This document shows positions 9,967 through 19,829 of a DNA stretch of 64,000 nucleotides, one piece after another (the first letter of the stretch is position 1; each line of letters starts with the position of its first letter). The notes under the pieces were generated by a model that searched no databases, was not told the DNA's origin, and worked only from the letters and a program-made list of their open reading frames with translations. The translations under genes were made by a program, and so were the position numbers. This stretch comes from Desulfobacterales bacterium (lineage in GTDB: Bacteria > Desulfobacterota > Desulfobacteria > Desulfobacterales > SKZT01). The stretch lies in contig JAGYNR010000003.1 in assembly GCA_018399715.1 (NCBI GenBank), forward strand, positions 831 to 64,830, written 5' to 3'.

Positions 9967-11079
9967 ATGAAAACAGCTTTAATTACAGGCATTACGGGGC
10001 AAGACGGTGCTTATCTGGCGGAATTGCTGCTCGATAAAGGATATATGGTTCATGGGGTCAAGCGAAGGTCTTCTTCTTTCAATACGAATCGGATAGATCA
10101 TCTATACGAGGATTTTCACGAAAAGGATGTTCGGTTTTTTTTACATTACGGGGACTTGACGGATTCAACCAACCTGATTCGGATTATCCAGGAGACAAGG
10201 CCTGACGAAATATATAACCTGGCAGCGCAGAGTCATGTTCAGGTATCTTTTGAGACCCCTGAGTATACGGCGAATTCTGATGCCCTGGGAACTTTGAGAA
10301 TTTTAGAGGCTATCCGTATCCTGAAAATGGAAAATCAAACCCGGTTTTATCAGGCATCGACCAGCGAAATGTTCGGCAGGGTTCGGGAAGTACCTCAAAC
10401 AGAGACCACCCCGTTTTATCCCCGGAGTCCTTATGGCGCCGCTAAAGTGTATGCATACTGGATTACGGTCAATTATCGGGAAGCCTATGGTATTTTTGCC
10501 AGTAATGGTATTTTATTTAACCATGAATCACCAATCAGAGGTGAAACATTTGTGACCCGAAAAATCAGCCGGGGTGCCGCCCGGATTATTTCGAACCTTC
10601 AACAGAAACTTTATCTGGGAAATCTGAACAGCTTTCGGGATTGGGGGCATGCCCGGGATTACGCAGAGGCCATGTGGCTTATTTTGCAAAATGATATCCC
10701 GGATGATTTTATTATTGCGACAGGAGAGCAGCATTCCGTAAGAGAATTTTGTGAACTGGCATTTGCTGAAGTTGGCATAGATTTGGAATGGGATGGAACC
10801 GGGGTTGATGAAAAAGGAATTGCTGCTTCCGTAAGGAACTCCGGAAGTCAGGTAAAGGCAGGGGATGTTGTCATTCAAATAGACCCCCGTTATTTTCGTC
10901 CAACTGAGGTTGAAACGCTTTTGGGCAATCCGGGTAAAGCCAGGAAAACGTTGGGTTGGCAAAGCAAAGTCGGGTTCGAATCACTGGTAAAAGAGATGGT
11001 TCAGGAAGATATGCGGAAAGCCAGCAGGGATACGGTATGTGTGAATCACGGTTTCAATATTCACAATTATAATGAATAA
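9967..11079 (+). CDS. gmd: GDP-mannose 4,6-dehydratase
   Basis: [50 protein letters not shown]: highly conserved Gmd blocks. Confidence 0.95.
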   Translation: MKTALITGITGQDGAYLAELLLDKGYMVHGVKRRSSSFNTNRIDHLYEDFHEKDVRFFLHYGDLTDSTNLIRIIQETRPDEIYNLAAQSHVQVSFETPEYTANSDALGTLRILEAIRILKMENQTRFYQASTSEMFGRVREVPQTETTPFYPRSPYGAAKVYAYWITVNYREAYGIFASNGILFNHESPIRGETFVTRKISRGAARIISNLQQKLYLGNLNSFRDWGHARDYAEAMWLILQNDIPDDFIIATGEQHSVREFCELAFAEVGIDLEWDGTGVDEKGIAASVRNSGSQVKAGDVVIQIDPRYFRPTEVETLLGNPGKARKTLGWQSKVGFESLVKEMVQEDMRKASRDTVCVNHGFNIHNYNE

Positions 11080-11102
11080 AGAATTTTTAAAATTTTGTAA
11101 TC

Positions 11103-12620
11103 ATGGTTGAATTAAGCTATCAGGATTATCCGAAAGAACCGGTCGTTATCGATAAATTGACAGCCAGGTTTATGAAACAATCTCAGTTCGTTCCTCTCGA
11201 AATTAAAGATAATACGCTTAAAATTGCGATGGTGAACAAGGAGGATTTTTATACCATCGATGCCTTGAAGCTGGCCTATGGATTATCCATCGAAGCGTTT
11301 GAAGGGCGAAAAGAAGATGTTCTGGATGCTATCGAACGGCTTTACGGAGCGGGCAGCCAGTCAATTGAGACAATCATAGAAGAGGCCGGCAAGGATATCT
11401 ATGAAATTAAGGCGTCAGGTCAGGAAGATGTCGATCATCTCAGGGATATGGCCTCGGAAGCGCCTATTATCAGACTGGTGAACAAATTAATTCTCAATGC
11501 TGTTGAGGAGTTGGCCAGTGATATTCATTTTGAGCCTTTCGAAAATGAATTTAAGGTCAGATATCGGGTAGATGGTGTGTTGCATGAAGTGGAATCTCCG
11601 CCACACCGGCTTCAGGCTGCGATTATATCCCGGGTCAAGATTATGGCAAAACTGGATATTGCAGAACGACGACTCCCGCAGGATGGCCGGATTAAATTAA
11701 AAATATCCGATAAAGAAATAGATTTCAGGGTATCTACCATCCCCACAGTTTTTGGCGAAAGCCTGGTGATGCGAATCCTGGATCGGGAAAAGCTTATTTT
11801 GGATTTGGATAAACTGGGATTTCCCGGTCAGATTTATGAAAAATACAAAGAGGCGATTAGTCAGCCCTACGGAATGATTCTGGTAACCGGTCCTACCGGA
11901 AGCGGAAAGACGTCCACACTGTATACGACGCTTCAAAAAATCAATTCACCGGAAGTAAAAATCATTACCCTGGAAGATCCGGTGGAATACCAGCTCAGGG
12001 GGATCAATCAAATTCAGGTGAATCCTAAAATCGGTTTGAAATTTTCAAGTGGTCTCCGATCCATTGTTCGGCAGGACCCGGATATTATTCTGGTAGGAGA
12101 AATCCGGGACAAAGAAACCGCTGATATTGCAATTCAGTCGGCATTGACGGGTCATCTTTTATTCAGTACACTTCATACCAATGACAGCCCCGGCGCTATC
12201 ACCCGATTATTGGACATGGGTGTAGAAAATTTTTTGTTAAGCTCAACCCTTTTGGGGGTTTTGGCGCAACGTTTGGTCAGAGTGATCTGCCCGTATTGCA
12301 AGGAGGAAACCAGACCGGAACAAAAGCTGATAAAATCAATGGGAATTAGTCAACAGGAGGCCGATCAGATACGGTTCATGCACGGAGCGGGTTGTGAAAA
12401 ATGTCGATATACAGGATTTAAAGGTAGAATTGCGATATTTGAGTACATGCATATCGGAGATTGTATCCGGAAAGAAATAATTAACCGATCGAGTACCGAA
12501 ATTGTCCGAAAAGCCGCTATAGATCAGGGAATGATCACTTTAAGACAAGATGGATGGGACAAAGTTAAACGAGGGTTGACCACTATTTCAGAAGTCCTTA
12601 GGGTAACTCTTGAGGAATAA
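11103..12620 (+). CDS. gspE: Type II secretion ATPase GspE
   Basis: Walker A GPTGSGKTST, IVRQDPDIILVGEIRD, TGHLLFSTLHTN, tetracysteine CPYC...CEKC. Confidence 0.9.
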   Translation: MVELSYQDYPKEPVVIDKLTARFMKQSQFVPLEIKDNTLKIAMVNKEDFYTIDALKLAYGLSIEAFEGRKEDVLDAIERLYGAGSQSIETIIEEAGKDIYEIKASGQEDVDHLRDMASEAPIIRLVNKLILNAVEELASDIHFEPFENEFKVRYRVDGVLHEVESPPHRLQAAIISRVKIMAKLDIAERRLPQDGRIKLKISDKEIDFRVSTIPTVFGESLVMRILDREKLILDLDKLGFPGQIYEKYKEAISQPYGMILVTGPTGSGKTSTLYTTLQKINSPEVKIITLEDPVEYQLRGINQIQVNPKIGLKFSSGLRSIVRQDPDIILVGEIRDKETADIAIQSALTGHLLFSTLHTNDSPGAITRLLDMGVENFLLSSTLLGVLAQRLVRVICPYCKEETRPEQKLIKSMGISQQEADQIRFMHGAGCEKCRYTGFKGRIAIFEYMHIGDCIRKEIINRSSTEIVRKAAIDQGMITLRQDGWDKVKRGLTTISEVLRVTLEE

Positions 12621-12621
12621 A

Positions 12622-13851
12622 ATGCCGGTATTTACCTATAAAGCAACAGATTTCAACGGGAAGATTATCAAGGGCGTTTTGGAGGCGGCTGATGAAAAAA
12701 AAGTGGCCGGGCAATTAGACGCCATGGGATACATTCCGATCCGTATCAGCCTTTCCGGCGGAGATTACGGCACCTTTCAGCGCGATGTAATGCAGGGGCT
12801 TACCTCGTTTTTCAGCAGAATTTCGGGCAAAGATGTCATGCTTTTTACCCAGGATCTGGCAACGTTGCTGGAGGCGGGACTTCCGGTTGATAAGGCTTTG
12901 TCAATTCTTACCGAGGTCGTAGAAAAGGAAAAGTTTAAAGAGATCGTTCGGGATATTTTAAAATCAGTAGAAGGCGGAAGTTATCTTTCAGATGCACTCG
13001 GGAAATATCCAAAAGTGTTTTCCAGATTTTATGTGAACATGATCCGGGCAGGAGAAGCCGGTGGCGTACTGGAGTCTGTTCTTTCAAGGCTGGGGGTATT
13101 TATGGAAACTTCTCAGGATTTGAAAGAATATATTATTTCGGCGATGGTTTATCCCTTATTTCTGGTTCTGGTGGGAGGGCTGTCGATTATTATTCTGCTG
13201 ACATTTGTCATTCCGAAATTTTCCGTCATTTTCTCAGATTTGGGAGCTGCGGTGCCGGTTTCTACTCAAATTTTGTTGTCTTTAAGTAGCCTCATCCGAT
13301 CTTACTGGTGGGTGGTTTTACTGGTCGTTGCAGGTGTGTATTATGTTTATTCACGTTACAGTAAAACACCCGATGGAAAATTCAATCTGGATAAACGCAA
13401 AATACAACTGCCCGTTTTCGGTGATCTGATCAAAAAAATCGAAGTTGCCCGTTTTTCCAGGACACTTGGAACTTTGATTCAAAGCGGGGTTCCGATCCTC
13501 CAGTCGCTTAGCCTGGTTAAGGATATTATCGGCAATGAGGTGATCGCAGAAAGCCTGAATGAAATAAGAGATCGTGTTCAAAAGGGAGATCGGTTGTCCA
13601 AATCGCTGAATGATACCGGATTGTTTCCCTCCCTGGCGATTCAGATGATTACTGTTGGAGAGGAAACCGGTAAACTGGATAAAATGCTGTTAAAGGTTGC
13701 CCAGAATTATGAAAAAGTCGTCAAGGCGATGATAAAACGCCTTATCAGTTTTTTGGAGCCTGCAATGATTCTGGTAATGGGTATATTGGTGGGGTTTATT
13801 GTTATTTCAATGTTGATGGCGATTTTCAGTATGAACGAATTACCTTTTTGA
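12622..13851 (+). CDS. gspF: Type II secretion inner-membrane platform GspF
   Basis: Duplicated GspF/PilC domain with 3 TM blocks. ATG 12622 follows 1 nt after the gspE stop. Confidence 0.9.
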   Translation: MPVFTYKATDFNGKIIKGVLEAADEKKVAGQLDAMGYIPIRISLSGGDYGTFQRDVMQGLTSFFSRISGKDVMLFTQDLATLLEAGLPVDKALSILTEVVEKEKFKEIVRDILKSVEGGSYLSDALGKYPKVFSRFYVNMIRAGEAGGVLESVLSRLGVFMETSQDLKEYIISAMVYPLFLVLVGGLSIIILLTFVIPKFSVIFSDLGAAVPVSTQILLSLSSLIRSYWWVVLLVVAGVYYVYSRYSKTPDGKFNLDKRKIQLPVFGDLIKKIEVARFSRTLGTLIQSGVPILQSLSLVKDIIGNEVIAESLNEIRDRVQKGDRLSKSLNDTGLFPSLAIQMITVGEETGKLDKMLLKVAQNYEKVVKAMIKRLISFLEPAMILVMGILVGFIVISMLMAIFSMNELPF

Positions 13852-13864
13852 AGGGGGTTAATAT

Positions 13865-14308
13865 ATGAAAAAAACAAAACGCATGAAAAAATTTCAAGGC
13901 GGTTTTACGCTGATTGAGCTGTTGATTGTCATGGTTATTTTGGGCCTGCTGGCGGCACTGGTTGCTCCCCGAATGTTCGGAAAAGTAGGCGGTGCCAAGC
14001 AAAAGAGTGCGCAAGCCCAGATTTCCATGTTTGGAACTGCTTTGGACACTTACCGGCTGGATGTGGGAAAGTATCCGACAACGGAAATGGGGCTGGAAGC
14101 CCTCAGACAACAACCCGGCGACGTTGAAAAATGGGACGGTCCCTATCTTCCTAAAGATGTTCCAAAAGATCCCTGGGGCAATCCATATGAGTACCGTTGC
14201 CCGGGAGAACATGGGGACTATGATCTTATATCCTATGGTGCCGATGGTCAGCCCGGTGGGGAGGGTGAAGATGAGGATGTGGTCAGTTGGAAAAATATCG
14301 GCGATTAG
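13865..14308 (+). CDS. gspG: Major pseudopilin GspG
   Basis: Prepilin leader ...KFQGG|FTLIELLIVMVILGLLAALV. Conserved DPWGNPYEY and SYGADG blocks. Confidence 0.9.
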   Translation: MKKTKRMKKFQGGFTLIELLIVMVILGLLAALVAPRMFGKVGGAKQKSAQAQISMFGTALDTYRLDVGKYPTTEMGLEALRQQPGDVEKWDGPYLPKDVPKDPWGNPYEYRCPGEHGDYDLISYGADGQPGGEGEDEDVVSWKNIGD

Positions 14309-14328
14309 TAGTTCCTTTTCGATCTTCA

Positions 14329-14862
14329 GTGAATAAGGATGAGGGATTTTCCTTATTGGAATTGATTGTCGTTTTGATATTGGTCAGTTTGATGGCCGGT
14401 CTGGTGGTACCTCGCCTGGCCGGCTCCTTGACACGGATGAATTTGCGGTCCGCTTCCCAGAAAATATGTTCCTCATTAAGATATGCCCGAAGTCAGGCGA
14501 CATCTGAGAAAATGATATACACAGCGGTATTTGATTTCGAAAAAAACGGGTGTTTTATTCAGGTCAAAAAAGATGATCCGGAAAACGTGGAAGATGGGTC
14601 TGTTGATGATACAACATTGACTGGAGAAAATGAGGTAAAATCCTACTTTTTACCAGAAGGAGTAAAAATTGAAAAAGGGATTCGTGGTGATGAAAAGACA
14701 GAATCTGAAATGTTTCAAATAGATTTTTTTCCTGCCGGAAACAGCAGTGGGGGAGATGTGATTTTAGTAGATGAGAAGGAAAACCGGTATCGGATTCACA
14801 TCGATTTTCTCACCGGGATAGTAAAGCTATCAGATGAACCATCATCCGACTCATATCTTTAA
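14329..14862 (+). CDS. gspH: Minor pseudopilin, GspH-like
   Basis: G|FSLLELIVVLILVSLMAGLVVP prepilin N-terminus. Start moved to GTG 14329. Assignment by position after gspG. Confidence 0.6.
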   Translation: MNKDEGFSLLELIVVLILVSLMAGLVVPRLAGSLTRMNLRSASQKICSSLRYARSQATSEKMIYTAVFDFEKNGCFIQVKKDDPENVEDGSVDDTTLTGENEVKSYFLPEGVKIEKGIRGDEKTESEMFQIDFFPAGNSSGGDVILVDEKENRYRIHIDFLTGIVKLSDEPSSDSYL

Positions 14863-15334
14863 GCCGAAAAAGCTGCGGGCTGTTTTTCAACTGTTTAAAA
14901 AATCATTATGCCTGTCCTCAGGATTTACCCTGATTGAAACCCTTGTGGCCATGATGCTTCTGTCTATTTCCCTTGTGGTTATTCTACAGCTGTTTTCCGG
15001 AGGGTTAAAATCTGGAAAAATAGCAGATGATTACACCCGCGCAATTTTTCATGCCCGGGCGAAAATGGAGGAAATTCTTTTAATGACAGATTTGGATGAA
15101 AGTTTTTTGGAGGGGGCGTTTGATGATGGGTACAAATGGCGGGTAAATATTACCCGGGTAGAAACTGAAGAGAACGAAACTGAGGAAGAAATGGTGACAT
15201 CACCACCGTTAAATTTTGTCAATGTCGAAGTAATCGTGAGCTGGTCCTCGGGAGATAAGAACAGAGACTTTACACTTACTACCCTACAGGTCGCCGAAAC
15301 AAGTGAACCTGATATGCTGGAACCGCCAAAATAA
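14834..15334 (+). CDS. gspI: Minor pseudopilin, GspI-like
   Basis: SSG|FTLIETLVAMMLLSISLVV. Small size. Position in cluster. Confidence 0.6.
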   Translation: MNHHPTHIFKPKKLRAVFQLFKKSLCLSSGFTLIETLVAMMLLSISLVVILQLFSGGLKSGKIADDYTRAIFHARAKMEEILLMTDLDESFLEGAFDDGYKWRVNITRVETEENETEEEMVTSPPLNFVNVEVIVSWSSGDKNRDFTLTTLQVAETSEPDMLEPPK

Positions 15335-15350
15335 CAGGATGTTACAGTAG

Positions 15351-16013
15351 ATGGGCATTCATAATTTACCTAAATCTTATAAGGGGTTTACACTCCTGGA
15401 GCTTTTAATCTCAATGACCATTGTGGCGGTTATTGTGGTAATTATTTTCGGGGCTTTAAGAGTTAGTGTCAGAGCATGGGAAAAAGGTGAGAGCGATATA
15501 GAGAGGCAGCAGCGGTATCGTATTGTGTTAAACCTGATCAACCGTCAGATGTCTTCCATTTATTTGAAGAAAGTTAAAAAAGAAGACAAACAAGAGCTGG
15601 TGCTGAAAGGAACTCCTGAGTCATTCGAATTTGTCTCTAATGTTTCCCTTTTGCCGGATAACGATTACGGCATGGTCTTTGCAAAATATGATATTTCTGA
15701 GACAGAAGATGGTACAAAACGGCTGACGTTATTTGAAAAAAATCTTGTGTTCTTTAATGAAAAATCCAGTTTTACAGATATCGATCCGGATGAATTTTAT
15801 GAAATGATACCATCTGCCGAACAAATTTCGTTCGAATATTTCAACGTTTTAGAACCCGAAGATTTCCGGGAATGGCAGGATAACTGGTCTCCGGAAGACC
15901 AACAGCAGCCACCGCTGGCCATTCGGATAAGCATTGTTCCGGAAGCGGATATGGCTCCGGTGGTTATCATTGCTCCGATTAACCAGGAAAGTGATGAAAA
16001 CGCAAGTTTATAA
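15351..16013 (+). CDS. gspJ: Minor pseudopilin, GspJ-like
   Basis: YKG|FTLLELLISMTIVAVIVV. Position in cluster. Confidence 0.6.
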   Translation: MGIHNLPKSYKGFTLLELLISMTIVAVIVVIIFGALRVSVRAWEKGESDIERQQRYRIVLNLINRQMSSIYLKKVKKEDKQELVLKGTPESFEFVSNVSLLPDNDYGMVFAKYDISETEDGTKRLTLFEKNLVFFNEKSSFTDIDPDEFYEMIPSAEQISFEYFNVLEPEDFREWQDNWSPEDQQQPPLAIRISIVPEADMAPVVIIAPINQESDENASL

Positions 16014-17040
16014 CCAAAAAATGAGTCACAAACATAATAAAGGCGTGGCGCTTTTATTGGTTATCTGGGTGCTGGCATTATTATCTGTAATTGTGGGGGA
16101 ATTTTGCCATGCTATGAAAACGGAGGTTAATATTACCCGGAATTTCAAAGAGCAGACACAGGCGTTTTATATTGCCAGGGCCGGTTTGCTGAAAGCAGTT
16201 TCCGGGCTGATTACCCTGGAAACTACACCCCCTAAGACAACGGATACGAAACTTTTTTCGGATGAAGACAATGAGGATTCAGACACTGTTAAATGGCGGA
16301 TCAATATCGACATTGAAGATATTCCGTTTGAGCCGGGTGTATTTTCCGTTAATATCGGCAACGAGGCAGGGAAAGTCAATATTAATAAAGCAGGCCAAAA
16401 TCTATTAAAAATGATGTTAAACGGGTTTGATCTTGATGACCAGGACAAGGCAGTAATCGTTGATTCCATACTTGACTGGCGGGATGAAAATGATTTTCAT
16501 CGGCTTAACGGCGCTGAAAATAATTATTACCAGTCTCTTGCCGAGCCCTATGAGTGTAAAAATGATTTTTTTGATTCAGTGGAAGAATTGCTTCTGGTCA
16601 AAGGTGTTACAGAAGAAATCTTTTACGGGGGATTAGAGGATCTGGTGACAGTTTATATCGATGAGTTCGATGGAGAGCCGAAGCGGCGGGCCAGAAAATC
16701 TGAATTTAATTATAATCAGATCAATATTAACTATGCGCCGGAACAAGTACTTCTGGCGCTTCCCCAGATGACCGGGGAACTTGTTCAGGAACTAGTGGCT
16801 TTTAGAAAAGAAAAAGATCTGACCATGCCCGATATTCTTGAAATTGTGGGTGCCGGGGTGTATGCGGAAATGAGTCCTTATATTACGACTGCGACAACTG
16901 CAAAATCTCCTTTTTATACTATTGTTACGGAAGGAAAAATACAGGGCAGCCCGGTTACGCACTGTCTCGAGGTTTTACTTCAAATCGACACACGGCTTGA
17001 TAAAAAGTTTAAAATATATAAATGGATTGATAAAGGATAA
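15994..17040 (+). CDS. gspK: Minor pseudopilin, GspK-like
   Basis: KGVALLLVIWVLALLSVIVGEF (no Glu5, typical of GspK). Helix-hairpin-helix-like C-domain. Start chosen at ATG 15994 (AGGAAAG RBS). Confidence 0.6.
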   Translation: MKTQVYNQKMSHKHNKGVALLLVIWVLALLSVIVGEFCHAMKTEVNITRNFKEQTQAFYIARAGLLKAVSGLITLETTPPKTTDTKLFSDEDNEDSDTVKWRINIDIEDIPFEPGVFSVNIGNEAGKVNINKAGQNLLKMMLNGFDLDDQDKAVIVDSILDWRDENDFHRLNGAENNYYQSLAEPYECKNDFFDSVEELLLVKGVTEEIFYGGLEDLVTVYIDEFDGEPKRRARKSEFNYNQININYAPEQVLLALPQMTGELVQELVAFRKEKDLTMPDILEIVGAGVYAEMSPYITTATTAKSPFYTIVTEGKIQGSPVTHCLEVLLQIDTRLDKKFKIYKWIDKG

Positions 17041-17064
17041 TAATTTAAGGAGATAATATTACCA

Positions 17065-18444
17065 TTGTTGTTTCGGTCTGGTCTTGGCATATATTTTCAT
17101 GAAAACGGCCTTTGCATGGCATATCTGAAGCGGTCTTTCAAATCCATCAAAGTGGCCGGACAGGCGTCTTATGTGATTGAACCGGATAAGGGGCTTTCAG
17201 AAAAACTGAATTTAGCGGCAGATTACATTAAAGATTTTATCAACACCAACCGGATATCATCTCCGGATGTGTTTATCGGAATTCCAAGAGAGATGGTGAT
17301 TCTGCGGGATATTGAATTTCCATTTGCGGTAAAAGAAAACCTGAGAGCTACTATTGAATATAAAATTGAAAATTATGTGCCATTAAAAAGCGACGACATT
17401 TATTTTGACTGTCAGATTATAGATGAGGTTAAAGGAAAGAATCAATTACGGGTATTGATCGTTGTTGTTCGACGGGAAGTGATCGATTCGTTTTTAATAT
17501 TAAAAAGCCGTTTGGGGTTGGGACTCACAGGGATTGGTATCAGTTCTACAGCCCTGGTAAATTATTTTTCCTATCATCCGGATACTGCCGAAAAAAAAGA
17601 GTATGCTTATATTTATATAAATCACCACGGAATGCATATAGGTGCCGTAAAAAACAACATGTTGCAGTATTCCCGGATAGTCGATCTTCGTAACGGTGAA
17701 GATCGGCAACGGGTGATAGATAAAGAGTTAAAACCGATTACCAATTTTTTTGCGGGTGACACCGGTCCGATACCTACGATTATCTGTACAGATAAAGAGG
17801 ATCCCTCTATTCTTGAGATTCTGAATGAAAAGAAGAATTTTCAATTGATTGTTCCTCAATTATCCCGTATTGATACGCAATCGTCACTGATGGTTCCTGC
17901 GTTTGGGCTTGCCCTGCGGGAATTGCGTAAGGTTCCCATGGATATTAATCTGCTTCCCGCAGGAATGCGAAAGCGGCCCGGCAGAACCGCGTACTACCTG
18001 TTGCTGATACTTGTTTCACTGTGTATTATTTTCTGCCTTTCATGGGGGGGAAGTAAACTCATGCGTCAGCGGTTAAGATTAAATACAATCAATGAGGAAA
18101 CCGAGCGCCTGCTGGCGGAAATAAAAAATATAGATCGTATCAGATCCGATTTGCAGGAGCTGGAAGACCGGATTGAGTTTTTGAACGAATTATGGCGCGG
18201 TCAGGTACCCGTGTTGGAAATCCTCAAAGAGGTGACCATCAGAATTCCGGAGGACACCTGGATCAGGGATTTTAGTTACGATGAAAAGGGTGTGAGCATT
18301 TATGGGTATGCAGATTCGGCATCGGAGCTGATAACGCTCTTAGAAAAATCTCCGTTGTTTAAAGATGTGGTCTTTTTATCGACGATTACCAAGGATCGTG
18401 CTGGGAAAAAACGATTTCGGATCGGATTTAAATTGAATTCATAG
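17065..18444 (+). CDS. gspL: GspL-like assembly protein (PilM-like cytoplasmic domain + TM + PilN-like periplasmic domain)
   Basis: One central TM (AYYLLLILVSLCIIFCLSW), coiled segment after the TM. Position between gspK and the gspM-like gene. Confidence 0.55.
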   Translation: MLFRSGLGIYFHENGLCMAYLKRSFKSIKVAGQASYVIEPDKGLSEKLNLAADYIKDFINTNRISSPDVFIGIPREMVILRDIEFPFAVKENLRATIEYKIENYVPLKSDDIYFDCQIIDEVKGKNQLRVLIVVVRREVIDSFLILKSRLGLGLTGIGISSTALVNYFSYHPDTAEKKEYAYIYINHHGMHIGAVKNNMLQYSRIVDLRNGEDRQRVIDKELKPITNFFAGDTGPIPTIICTDKEDPSILEILNEKKNFQLIVPQLSRIDTQSSLMVPAFGLALRELRKVPMDINLLPAGMRKRPGRTAYYLLLILVSLCIIFCLSWGGSKLMRQRLRLNTINEETERLLAEIKNIDRIRSDLQELEDRIEFLNELWRGQVPVLEILKEVTIRIPEDTWIRDFSYDEKGVSIYGYADSASELITLLEKSPLFKDVVFLSTITKDRAGKKRFRIGFKLNS

Positions 18445-18456
18445 GATACATGTGAA

Positions 18457-19020
18457 TTGGATATAAAGTTTAATATTAGTAAAGAAAGAAAAATTATACT
18501 GATTGCCGGTGTTGTTTTGCTTTTAATGGGTGTCATATACCGGTATTTTCCGGTTTTCGACAGCTTTACGTCATTAGATGATGAAATTGCGCTGAAGGAA
18601 CAAAAACTCATCAAATATCGAAAGATGGTTCAGGAAAGAAACGAACTGGAGCAAAAACTGATAAGACTGAACCGAATCCTTGAGAGGGCAGAATCCGGCT
18701 TGTTGACAGGTGATACGCCTTCCCTGGCGGCTGTGGACATTCAAAATATAATTAATAAAATAGCAGGAAATATCGGGGCTGAAGTGTTGACTATGCGGGT
18801 GCTTAAAGTCGATGAAAAGGAGGAAACCCTTTATATGGCCATACCCGTTCAGGTTACGTTTCGTAGCAGAATGCGCCAGTTAAAGGAACTGCTTTACATG
18901 ATCGAAGACAATCCAAAACTTCTCAAAATCAGCGATTTCAGAATTCGGATGATACACGGTAAGGAGGAAGGGGAAGTTCAGGCGACACTTACCGTTGAAG
19001 GTTTTATGAAAAGAACATAA
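18457..19020 (+). CDS. gspM: GspM/PilO-like bitopic assembly protein
   Basis: N-terminal TM (IILIAGVVLLLMGVIY), coiled coil, ferredoxin-like C-domain size. Position in cluster. Confidence 0.5.
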   Translation: MDIKFNISKERKIILIAGVVLLLMGVIYRYFPVFDSFTSLDDEIALKEQKLIKYRKMVQERNELEQKLIRLNRILERAESGLLTGDTPSLAAVDIQNIINKIAGNIGAEVLTMRVLKVDEKEETLYMAIPVQVTFRSRMRQLKELLYMIEDNPKLLKISDFRIRMIHGKEEGEVQATLTVEGFMKRT

Positions 19021-19047
19021 TTTGCCAGGTGCTGTGGGAAAATCTGT

Positions 19048-19824
19048 ATGTTTTCTAAGATATGGCTGATCAATATTATTTTGGCAGCGTTTGTAATTTT
19101 ATTTGCTGTGAAAACCTATGATGTATGGTTTGACAATAAAGTAAAAGAATGGAAAAGTCCCCATGAAACCAAAAATGTCGGGTCTGATGTTGAGAAAAAA
19201 TTTTCAAAACGAAAGCTTCCTCCTGGATCCAATTATGAGGTAATTGTAGAGAAAAATCTTTTTAGAGAAGAACGTACTGAATATCTTCCCGAACCCGAAC
19301 CTGATCCGGATTTGGAACCGGGATCCCAATCCGGAAAAGAACCGGAAATTAAAAGCCTTGAGAGTTTCGGAGCAAAAATTGATCTTTACGGTGTCGTTTT
19401 ATGGAAAGATTATAAGAAAGCCTTGGTTACCAATACGGAAAGAAACATAGGTGGATCCGGAGAAAAATGGGTGCAAAAAGGAGATACCATTCTGGAGGTA
19501 AAAAAACTAAACGAAAACATTCAGTTGGTTGTGGAAGAAATTTTTGAGGATCGGATACTGATCAAAGACGGCAAGGATTGCTATGAAATTCTGTTGTATG
19601 ACAAAGATAAATCCAAAAAGCGGGGCAATGTTGATAGAAGCCAGGGGCCGGAGGTGATCTCATCTGTTGACCGGTCAAAACAACAGGGAGCTGTAAAAAG
19701 TATAGCCGCTGGTAAAGAGCGAAACCCTGAAAAAGACAACAATGTGAAAAAGGAAGCACCATCAGAACCTGAATATGAAGTTATCAATACCCCGTTCGGA
19801 AAGATCAAGCGAAGGAAACAATAG
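19048..19824 (+). CDS. Bitopic periplasmic protein, GspC/PilP-like by position only
   Basis: N-terminal TM, Pro/Glu-rich linker (EPEPDPDLEPGSQ), beta-rich domain, Lys-rich tail. Immediately upstream of the secretin. Confidence 0.35.
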   Translation: MFSKIWLINIILAAFVILFAVKTYDVWFDNKVKEWKSPHETKNVGSDVEKKFSKRKLPPGSNYEVIVEKNLFREERTEYLPEPEPDPDLEPGSQSGKEPEIKSLESFGAKIDLYGVVLWKDYKKALVTNTERNIGGSGEKWVQKGDTILEVKKLNENIQLVVEEIFEDRILIKDGKDCYEILLYDKDKSKKRGNVDRSQGPEVISSVDRSKQQGAVKSIAAGKERNPEKDNNVKKEAPSEPEYEVINTPFGKIKRRKQ

Positions 19825-19829
19825 TCTGC